Of a stretch of DNA of 64,000 nt, positions 53,724 to 64,000 are shown one piece after another. Each line of letters begins with the position of its first letter. Position 1 is the stretch's first letter. The notes below the pieces were generated by a model. It saw only the letters and a list, made by a program, of their open reading frames with translations. It was not told where the DNA came from and did no database searches. A program made the position numbers and the translations under genes. Location of the stretch: positions 2,604,001-2,668,000 of the forward strand of contig CATNEN010000025.1 in NCBI GenBank assembly GCA_950097015.1, written 5' to 3'. The DNA comes from Macrostomum hystrix (Eukaryota > Animalia > Platyhelminthes).

Positions 53724-56700
53724 ATGGCCTCAGGCCGATTGAAGCTGGACAAAATGTGGCGCATCTGGTACGCCGTGCTTGTAGTCCTGCTGCAGGCGTT
53801 CCTGCTGTATTCGTCCGCCGTGCGCTACTCCGTGCATCGAGTACAGGCTCTTCGAGAGTCCTGGGAGACCGGCCCGATGAACTTCTGCCTGGCCGCGCTG
53901 ATTGGCACCGCCTGCCTCCTGCTGCTATTCGTCTATGCGGCATTTGCGCGCACCGGCAACTACGCCGAGGACGGCGTGGCTCTGGGCCGCGATCATCGGC
54001 ACCTGAAGGCAGCCATCGCCGCTGTCGGCCCGGAGAACGGCGGCGGAGGAGGCGGCGGCGGCGTGAGCGTAGTTTCATCCATCTCGGCGACCGGCATCCA
54101 ACCGCCGGCCAGCCTGGGCGACTTCGCCGGCCGTCTAAGGCGACATTTCCTACCATTCACCTGCGTGCTGCACCTGTTAATGGCCGGCTGCCTGCTGTTT
54201 CCGGTGCCCGTTCTCGATGCTTCCTGCCTGCTGCACGATAAACTGCCCGCAGGTGAGCAGTGGTTGTTAACTATTGTTGGACAGCTTCATATTTAGCATG
54301 GACACATTCGATTTCACATATTCTCTATGAATTGAATGATTGAAAGCCTTCCCCCGGCTATCGCCATGCACACATTGTAATAGATTATTTGTGCGCGTGT
54401 TAACAATGCAGTTGCCAGCTATTTCGATTCCTGACCCGAATCCCGCATTTCACATTGCACCACAACAGCGGGCATGCTGTGTGGCTTAGTTCCTTTGACC
54501 CCGGAGCTGAGCTCAGGGTCGTGACCCGGAACCGAAACTGTTAGAACAAATACTCGATATTACGCCGCGCCTTAAGTTCTGGACGGGAGTGTCAAAAAGT
54601 TTTTTTTATTTGATGCGAAATTCTTCTAGAATTCTAGAATTCTATAGAATGCGATTTTAGGTCCTGACCTGTCGAGAGGAAAACTAAAAAGAAGCTTTTA
54701 GGCAGGCAATAAATGTACACATTGGCTGGCTTTAGCACAGCTCAGTTAAGAACTAGAAATAAACGAAGAGAGACAGAATTTAGAGGGTGCACTCTTCCAC
54801 GCAGTTCCCACTTCCCCAAAATTCAGGCCCTTGTCATTTCGTCTTCTTGAAATAAAGCGCAACCTGCATATGAGCTTCTTCTGAACCTTTCGAATGAATG
54901 ATGGGGACAAACATAGGGGACTGACAGATTGGGGGGAGGAACTTGAAGGGTGTAGAATGTTTTCCTCAAGGACTTCTATAAATAGCATCTATGCTTCTAT
55001 TCAGGGGTCCTTGGTTTTCCTAAACAATTTTTTCTCGTGCCAGAGAGACAGACAGGCGCAAGGGATGGAGTGGATCTGGAGCGATTTGTCTTGGAGGATC
55101 ACAACTCTGCCGCCATCTTTCTCTGAAAGTCTAGGGCACTGGTGGGAAAGCGAAGTTTTTCGGTGGGGAAGTGACCTCAAGAATTAAGCATCGCTGTGGG
55201 ATGTTAAGAGGTACAGGTAAGAGACTTAAGTTAAGGTCCCCAGGAACTGCAGCCCATCAGTGCGAGTGTGCCAGCGCATTCCCTGAAGTTTTCCTATAAT
55301 GACCCGACGGGAATTCTCTCCCCTTATCTCTCGGTGTTGACTTTTGGGGGAAACTCACTGTCATTCAAATCAGGGACTTTGATAAAGGTATTCAAGGCTG
55401 TGAGCTGATTTCCTGCGTTGCATATGTCAACATGGGAACATAAACGAGAAGGACCTCAGCGATTATCATGAACAGTGCAAGCAGGTTCTAATGATAAGCA
55501 GTTTTTTAAGTGCCCGTTTATGTTGTTTAAAAAGGCTTCGACCTCAGTCCCCTTTGAGTCAGCCAGTCTTCAAGCTTGAGTTGCGTGTTTTGTTTCCAAG
55601 GCTACCAGCCTCGACGCACATGGCATGAACCTCCGAGACTCGTGACTGAGGTGAAAATGGGGCCTTGAGCACTCGAGCTCAAAATCGGAGGGTTTAGGGG
55701 TTTGGGTTAACAGCGGGAGCTGGCGAGTCTATAGTTCAGTGAATAATGAATTTCATTGCGTAACAGTCATGATTTCGCCTCAAATTATGAATTAGAAACA
55801 TTTTTCTTTGTCTAGAAACTGTCAACCGTTGAGAGAGACTGTTCAGCTGTTCCTACATAGGTGCCATGATTAGTTGCTAGGTGCCCGCAGCTCAGGATGT
55901 GCTCCAATTTGAAGGGGGTTTCACACGCAACGTCGGCGGCTCTTTCGACCATGGAAGCGGCATTGAGGGCAAGTGAGAGGAAGAGAGCGATGCGACTCTC
56001 GTAATTGAACGAGTCGAATGCGCCAAACGTCATGGATGTTCAGGAAGTATTTTGCTTTTTAACCAGACGATATTTTTTAAGCTGTGCAACTTATTTTGCA
56101 GTTATAAAAGAAGTCCTGGAAATGTTTAGCACAATTTTATTTAGTGTTTATCGCAGACGAACCCAAGCCGATATGGACGCAGGTACATAAAAAATGCACG
56201 AAAACAGACTGCAACCCTGGAGACACTATTGACTGCTTTGGAAGAAGTTCATTCAGTAGACAGGACAGGTGAAAAGGCTCCGCTAGACTATGAGGAGGGA
56301 CTTCAAAGCTAGGGGGGAGGCACGCAAACACGTGGGAAAAGGGTTTCGCAGGATCCAGGACCCTGGATTCGTACGACCTCGAACCCATTACGCACTGTAT
56401 CAAGTTGTTTTCATTCACACATTGCACAGTTCGTCAGATAAAGGCCAGACCTTTCGTTTGTCCCTGGTTTTGCAATGTTTTTTTGGAGGGAATCGCCTAT
56501 AAAATGATAAGGAACGGCGGGGCTTTCGCTAACGAATAAACTGTATTGAGAAATTTCAAAGGAATGCGTCCTACAAATAATGGTATTAAGAGCTGGCTTA
56601 CTCTTGCTTGTCTGCCTGTTTATGTGTCTATAGTAGCTGTCTATAGTTGTCTTAAGTGTCTATTTTTCGCGTTGCATCCAGGGATTGTGAGTAGTTGTAT

Positions 56701-59700
56701 GTAAGTCACAGTGTATATATGCTTATTCATCTGGTCTTAAAGTGTCCAGGCCAGGCCACATGCTGATAGTGTACATTGCGCCGGCTTAGTACTCGTATAT
56801 TGTTGGTCCATCGGGCGCTTATGCCATGTAGGTAGGTCATCGAGCATGCGTCTATTCATTCTACACTCTCCATTATTGCCTGTTCGTAGTTCTGTCCTTT
56901 ATTATAGCCTTAGACAGGCGGGAGCGAGTCTGAAAAGCAGTGGGTCAATCTGCTTTCTGAGAGCTAGTTATACTCAGCTGTGAGGCACAATGCCCCAATA
57001 GAAAGACGACAGAGCTCAATTAAGCCAACAATGGAGCAAACAATGAGACCCTTTCCAGACGCGGGAACCAACAAAAACGGGACAGAGATGGAAAAAATAG
57101 CTGCTTTTTTGCTGCTCTGTTTGCCTGCAGCAAGACCTGTTACTAAGTCCCTGGCCTGAGTGTCATTCAGAAACTGTACGTCACCACAGCCTGTAGCAGC
57201 AGCAGCAGCAGCAGCAGCAAACCGCCAGGTGGGTCAAGAGTGACCCGATAAGGCGGGTCGGAGAGAACCATTGAGCTGCTCAAATGAAAGAAGAGGTGCA
57301 GAAAAAAAAACGGAGAATAGATTGTGTACCAGAGAAAAAGGAGAAGATAGCAATGAAAATGAGCACAAGAGACTCAATAACTTGTCTCTTATAGCGTAAG
57401 AAAAAACTCGCACAGATAGCAAGTATTTAGTAGTAAAGCAAGGCACAACCTAGTGTACAAACCGCAAACTTATCAACCTCAGCAGCCCCTAGTTACTCCA
57501 AGTTGAAAAAAGCGAGCTCAGAAACACCCGCCGTTTCATACATTAATCAGTGTTTAATATTAGGCCTTATACTCCACGCATTTGGCTTTTTATCTTGACA
57601 ATCGGGTAGCTGACTTTATGGGGCCTATTTGTGTTATAATAAGCTGATAGTGGTGCGCTATCAGCGTTCGCAATCGCTTGAAGCTATCTGCCTCTCTACT
57701 TCAACAGGAAAATATGAAAACTGCCCCGTTCAAAGAACCTATAAGAGGAAATTACGATGAAGCTTAGAATAAGTGGCCATAGCGTTTTACTTTTTCGTGA
57801 CCACATTTTGCTGATTTACCTGTATGAACTTACAGGTGGTATGATGAAGGGAATTTTCAGCAATCTTCTGAGTCACTTAACAAAAAAAATTTGTCTAATC
57901 GCATACATTATTCCCAAAGGAGGCCGTTGCAACGATGATATCCCAGTTCTCAATATTTTTCATTTCCCTGATTTATTTAAGCTCTTTCAGACCTACAGTT
58001 TGGAGGTCATCGGACTGGAAAAAAAGTGGCTCATTGCGTCATCAGAGACTGAGCTATTTGTCTTTTATTTCAGAATTTTCTGTTCACTATGATTGTGTAC
58101 ACTCGTGAAGTAGTGTGGGTTTATCTCGTTCTAATTCTGCTAAATCTATAGATCCCATTGGCAAATACAGAACACGAATGAAATACTCTCTATATATTAT
58201 ATATATTATGGTGATAGTAGGCTTACAATCCCCTGTCATATTGGTAGAATAGGGATTATATTAATGGCTGGGAGAGAGAAGACCAGGTGAGTCCAAAGCC
58301 AGCCCAGAGGGCGAAGGCAGATGCGGAGTGTGCACGTGACAGTTGGGTTTGAATTGAAAGCAAAACACAAGAGTCAAACTGATTTTGATAAAAAGCCTCT
58401 CAAAGCCCAAGGACTAGCTGTGAGTCACAGGGCACGCACAGATACTTGACGGTGTGAGGCCGGGACGGTGCTAGTTGCGCAATCAACTGCACGCAGCCAG
58501 TTCAGAAGCATCGAATATCAAGGTTTTTTTATCAATTCCAAACTTTCAGCGGCAGTTTATGGGCAGATATTTTATCACTTATATCGCATCATCCCGGGAG
58601 GGATCTGAGGCTACTGCTATAAGGGGATTGATGATGATGGCGCCTTATCACCCTACAGCCTGGCCTAGCCATGATCGCAGATTTCAGATTTGGTTTCACT
58701 GGCCTGTCGTCGTTCGGTTTGATTTTCCCCTGGAGGGATGGTAGGTAGGAGAGAGCGAGAAGGGGATAGGGAAACGGCTGACGCAATGTACAGACGATTA
58801 AATCGCAATATCAGACCCGTTCGCTTTATTCTTATGAGGAATCTCCAACAATACCGAAGCCTCACTATAAGGAATTGTCAAGACATTTTCTGATGGGATT
58901 TTATCGCTGGCATGAGATGTCATTTCACTGTCAAGCCTGGCAGACAGTATGTTGGACATAAATTTTTCTTTCTTATATTGCTTCGCAGGTTGTTGGATTA
59001 GCGGGGAAAGGCGACTGCTAATGCGACTTTGCTGTCGATAACTTCAAATTGTGACGTCACACAGTCCAGTTGGCAGGGTTTTGATATCAGATTTCACACC
59101 AAATTATACCATCTGTCTGGTTAAAAATTCATTCAGCATTCAGCATAAGTATCTGCATTTGTTCTGTATTTATCAACACTTCCTGTGTGATTGATTGGCA
59201 GTGATTCATATACGTATTGGGAACGGGTGTCCACAAATGATTCGAAATTCGTAGGCTCGTATGTCTTTTTCGTATATCATTAAAAAAGCGATGGAACAGA
59301 CTTACCTGCTTATTATAAGCATAAAATGATATAAACAAACTTATTGAGCAATTAAAATTTTATTATATATCAGCTAAAAGTAGAGTACTGATTAGCTCTG
59401 TACATTGGCTTGCCTGACGTGAGGGCTCGAGGAAGAAAATATATGTACATTGACTAGCCTAACACGAGGGCTCGAGGAAGAAAATATATGTACATTGGCT
59501 AGCCTAACACAAGGGCACGAGGAAGAAAATAAATGTACATTGGCTAGCCTAACGCAAGGGCTCGAGGGAAGAAAATAAATGTACATTGACTAGCCTAACA
59601 CAAGGGCACGAGGAAGAAAATATATGTACATTGGCTAGCCTAACACAAGGGCACGAGGAAGAAAATATATGTACATTGGCTATCCTAACGCGAGGGCACG

Positions 59701-61771
59701 AGGAAGAAAATATATGTACATTGACTAGCCTAACACGAGGGCTCGAGGAAGAAAATATATGTACATTGACTAGCCTAACACAAGGGCTCGAGGGAAGAAA
59801 ATAAATGTACATTGGCTAGCCTAACACAAGGGCTCGAGGAAGATAAGAAATGTACTTTTAACTAGCCAATTTAAATTCGGAGATTGGCTGCGACTATAAA
59901 ATTCAAACTCCGAAAATCCAAAAAACCGACCCTAATTTACCACAGAAACTGCCTGGAGCTCCGACCTGGACTTTCTAATCAGGCCAAGTCTCCAGTCCAG
60001 CAATCCCATCTCGGCAGAAGTGTTCAACCTGGCTCTCGCCCTATCAATCCTGCTAGTCCGATATCCGTCTGTTTTCTGGTACACCAACCGCCTATTCGCC
60101 TTCCTGATCTCCGTGGTCCTCTGCGCTGCCAGCATCCAGATCCTGCTGGCCTACGAGGCCACCTCCGTGCTTTACAAAGCTGCCGTGGCTGAACCGGCCA
60201 CCGCAGTCGAAGTTGGTCTGTCACCAGCCGCTCTACTGAGCCTCCTGGCCATCGGTGACCTCCTACTGCTGCTCTCTGTCACTGCTTACTTCGAGTTCGG
60301 CTACGCTCAGGTTCTCACCAGCATTCGCCGATACCGGCACCTCCTAGCTGTCGAGTCGGCCTCCAGCTGCTGCGGCAGCGATCGATCCTGCAGCAGCTGC
60401 GCCGCTGCCGCAGCCGAGGAGGCCGGGCCTTGTTGGCTGACGCACGCACCGCACCTGTCAGGTGGCCTGCTGACCCTGGCAGCCGTGCTGTGCAAAGCGC
60501 CTCTGCTGTGGGCGTGGATCTCCGTCTACCGAGCTCGCCGCCATCCGCTGCTTCTGCTAGCCACGCTCTCCGCTGCCGCCTACGCCGCCGTCTGGCTAGC
60601 CGTCTGGCTGGCTCTCTGCCTTCGATACCGCTGGCGATTCCGGGTTCGTCTGGACTCCGCTGGCGCTTCTGGCGGCGACTCGATGCGGCCGGCGATGGGC
60701 GCAGCGGTCGGCGGCTCGAAGCGCGGCTCGCGCGCAGGTTCGCAGCTTTCCGACTCGGAGGCACTGAACCGCAGCAACCAGTACATGTACATGCAACGCC
60801 TCGCAGACTGCCAGGCTGGCCTAATACCAACCATCTCCGAGCACGTCGACAATGTCAGCGAAGGATCCTATAGTGGCGTTGGCAACGGTGGCGGCAGTGG
60901 TGCCGTTAGCAACGGCGGCACGCTAGACCGCGATCGACAGAGCGGCCTGGGGAAGTACCAGGTGCGACGGAACTCGGCCCAGATGACCGGCAGTCAGGCG
61001 GGAAGCCTTAGACGAGGACCAGGGCGCGTCACCTTTAAGGATCCGCAGCACCAGGAGATTCACTTGCACGAGCAGCATCAGCATCAGCAGCAACCGAGCT
61101 CGCCAGGATCGAGCCAGAACACTTCTTCGGACAGCGGAGTCGGCGGCCATAATCACCACCTCCATTGCGGCGTGCCAGATGAGTATGCTCAGGTCGCTAG
61201 GGCAGCTCGTCAGTGCAGTTTTGACGAATACCAGATGTTCGTCGACGGCCGCCGGGGCGACTTCTTGCAGGAGCCGCCGTACGCGACCCACTCCGACGTA
61301 TACAATCGGGTGCCGATCCTGCCGCCGCCGCCGACCCACATTGGCGGAGGCGTCGGCATTGAGGCTTCGTCAGCCGGACCTGCCGTCATGGCGGCTTCTG
61401 CTTCGTCCGTCGTTGGCTTCATCGGCACCTCCGGTGGAGTCAGCACCTTCGGCAGATCGGTGGCCCCAGCCGCCACCCTGGTCGTTGGCAGCCACCTCCA
61501 TCAACACCATCAGCATCATCATCAGGACGGCGAGCATGTCCCGGACATCCTCATTAACCGCAGTCCGTACGGCAGCCTCGCCCGTCCGGTTAAGCAGCCA
61601 GTTAGCGGCGTCGCCTCCGCAGCGGCTGCGGCAGCAGCGGCTGCAGCAGCTGCCCGCCACCTCGGCGCTGTCGGCGAGCTGCATACGCATGGTGGCTCAT
61701 TCGGCTCGCTGCCGCCGCCGCCACCGGAGCTGGACCAGCAGCACGTGGACGGTCTGTGCAGTCAGGTGTGA
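53724..61771 (+). CDS. tinc: Tincar-like multi-pass membrane protein; join(53724..54252,59946..61771), about 784 aa
   Basis: WRIWYAVLVVLLQAFL, GNYAEDGVAL, LPAETAWSSDLDFL across the phase-1 junction, VRYPSVFWYTNRLF..LLAYEATSVLYK and the C-terminal LCSQV resemble Drosophila tincar as I recall it. Several hydrophobic helices precede a long low-complexity tail. Confidence 0.8.
59392..59850. repeat. 45-bp minisatellite (gaggaagaaaatatatgtacattggctagcctaacacaagggcac), about 10 copies, tincar intron
   Basis: Visible tandem units. Confidence 0.93.
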
Positions 61772-63149
61772 TGCGCATTCAAACTCGCACCTGAACGTCA
61801 ACTGCGCCTTGACCCTGAAGCTAGTGCCTAGACAAAAAAACTGACGTGCAGCTGCTATTCGAAATATTTAAATAGTCATTGATGAATATTAAATCATTCT
61901 GGAGAGGCCTTTTCAGCAAATATTGTAATCTGCATGTAAGCGCTGTAATTTAATAATATAAAAGCTATTTAGCTATAACTAGCTTGTCGTTATGAAACTA
62001 ATTATATTATTTTCTACGTCAACGATTGTCATACTCGTACGTAAGTTATTTACAAAACACACTATATATCTTAATCGAGTAATCGAGTTTACTTTATTAA
62101 ACCTTTGTACCTTCTTGTTAGCAGCTGAATTTGATATTGTAAAACAAGTAGTTACATAGGAATCGTTAATATGTTTGTAAGTTCTTCTGCCATCCATCAT
62201 TTTTTGTCTTTCAAGTTCATATCAAACATTTTAAAAAACACTTCGTTAACTTAGTTGTTCTTTGCGACCAATATGCGCATCACTATTTATTCATTTAAAT
62301 TCTTGCATGGAAATGTTAAAAATCGAATTTAATTGTACACAATTGTGCTCTACGTGCATGTTAAGAAACTATACTCATTGCTTGATACGCTAGTATTTAC
62401 AAATGTCACTGTAAAAATGATTCATATATATATATTTGTTGTCGATTAAAAAGACCACACACATGCAGAAAAAAAATTAGGTAAAGGCATTGTTACGAGT
62501 ACATATTTCTATCGAAAATGCGATTTCAAAATACGCCTGTCTATGTAATTGTATCTGCTTTGCTTTTTATCTTTTGATATAATAGAGTTGAAAGACAAGA
62601 CTACAGAAAGGGTTTGTATTGCTAATTAACTCATACATAATCTGCAAGTTCAGTATGAAGGAGTTAAACTTTTCCTTCGGAGGAAAAAAGTGCTGGATTA
62701 AAATCCATCCACAAATTTGCACCCGTCGGCGAAACTCGCGATTCCTCTTAAAAAAATAATTTGTAGTTGGCTGTGACCACAGATGTATCATCTGTCGACA
62801 GTCGAGTGAGTCGACCCTTGCTTGTTTACGCTCGCGCATCTTGTGACCTTAGTTTCTCCTCTCTCCCTTGATCGGTTCAACTTATTATCTAGCCTTCACT
62901 TCTCTTTCCTTTCCCTCGTTTCTGATTGGCCAGCTGCTTGTCTCTCTTTCCCCACCCCCTCCTTTTCAGCTCTTACCCTCTGGCCTATCCTTACTCGTGT
63001 TGCCCTTCTGCCCCCTCCTTATCTCTTGGTTAATGTACTTGATTCTCGAGGGCCTGCCGTTTTCGATTCGTTCAGTGTCGTCAAGACTGGCTCTTAATGC
63101 GTAGACTCAATTTATTTTAAGAAGTCACTTAGTATCACTACAGTACATA

Positions 63150-63366
63150 CGCACGCACACACACACACATCACGTACAAGTTACGCAGGGCACACTGACA
63201 CAGGTTTGTACTCCTGGTCTGTTTTTTTCATCGTCAGGCGATGTACAGCATGAATGTGTTTTGTTAGGTTAGCCCTCATAGGCGTATAGGTGTAAGCCCA
63301 CCCAGCCTTCTCTCCTAGGCTGCGCTCGAAATTAATGGGGCCTCACCGCGGATTCGAGCTCATGAT
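63150..63366 (-). mobile_element. SINE family 1 diverged partial copy
   Basis: catcgtcaggc, cagccttctctcc..gctgcgc and ggcctcaccgcggattcgagctc match the family in reverse orientation. Confidence 0.6.
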
Positions 63367-64000
63367 TGTTCTCGCGATTCTTCTTTCCTCATAGGATAAA
63401 TCTGTGCGACGTAAGTTTCCTTTCAGGAATGGCTGCAGTCAGGTCGCCACGTTCCAATGATATCGTTGTGGATCGTGAGAAAATTTGCACTTCATTCGCG
63501 TCACCAGACCCACCGGAAAACTTTCTTCCCCTCACTCTTAAAGTCTTAAACATTTTCTGCGTCTTCAGCACATCAGGATGCTGCGACCTTCTAAAGAGGA
63601 TGTGGATATCGAGGACGAACGCTGAAATGCCACGGAGATGGGAAGACAGGGAAATGGAAGCCGCCAACTACCTGGTTTTGTTTTTCTTTCCGACCAGGAA
63701 AGGTGCTTTTTCTGCTTTCGTTCGGCTTCAGAATTTTTTCAAAAGGAATTTGAAACAAATCCAACTTTCTGGGAAATCTGGTAAAATTTCGAGGCCACTC
63801 GAGCTAAAAGTGTGTCCCATATTTCAAAAATACGCTGTTTCAAAATATGCTTGTGCGATTAATTAAATCTGCTCTACTTTTAAGCAATAGATGAACCATA
63901 GTTTAAGGACAAAGCGTCAGAAAATGTTTGGATTACTGATACGTACTCTAAAAGTTCAGCATGACTGAGCGAACTCCTTCGGAGGAGATATAGGCTCGGG

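Noticed and set aside
53296-54156. 286-aa antisense ORF, plus other antisense or off-frame ORFs over GC-rich exons (14053-14788, 16547-17754, 34964-35903, 60315-61844)
   Set aside because: These are shadows of GC-rich coding sequence with no recognisable domains.
54700-56500. Moderately GC-rich segment in the tincar intron with short ORFs
   Set aside because: Possibly a decayed transposon, but no motif could be recognised with confidence.
63389-63667. 92-aa minus-strand ORF near the window end
   Set aside because: It could be a terminal exon of a gene outside the window, but there is no domain match or solid splice support.

Overview
This is a eukaryotic, intron-rich genomic window with GC-rich, polyQ/polyA-rich exons and minisatellite-filled introns. 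That style resembles the flatworm Macrostomum lignano, which is an inference I cannot confirm here. Five spliced protein-coding genes can be rebuilt by hand with consistent splice phases: a 5'-partial AGAP/centaurin-gamma Arf-GAP (+), a D-type cyclin (+), an ASPP-family ankyrin/SH3 protein (-), an NMNAT (-) and a tincar-like membrane protein (+). The window also holds a dead 5'-truncated RNase H-containing LINE, at least 8 copies of a tRNA-derived SINE, a second SINE-like family and more than 20 tandem arrays. There are no rRNA genes, intact tRNA genes or CRISPR arrays, and I found no convincing wholly new multi-gene system. The best leads are isoform architecture and intronic structure: a cassette exon giving NMNAT alternative C-termini, an AGAP alternative first exon with an embedded acceptor downstream of a G-quadruplex array, a cyclin D apparently lacking LxCxE and its C-terminal degron, and several inverted repeats able to fold pre-mRNA.
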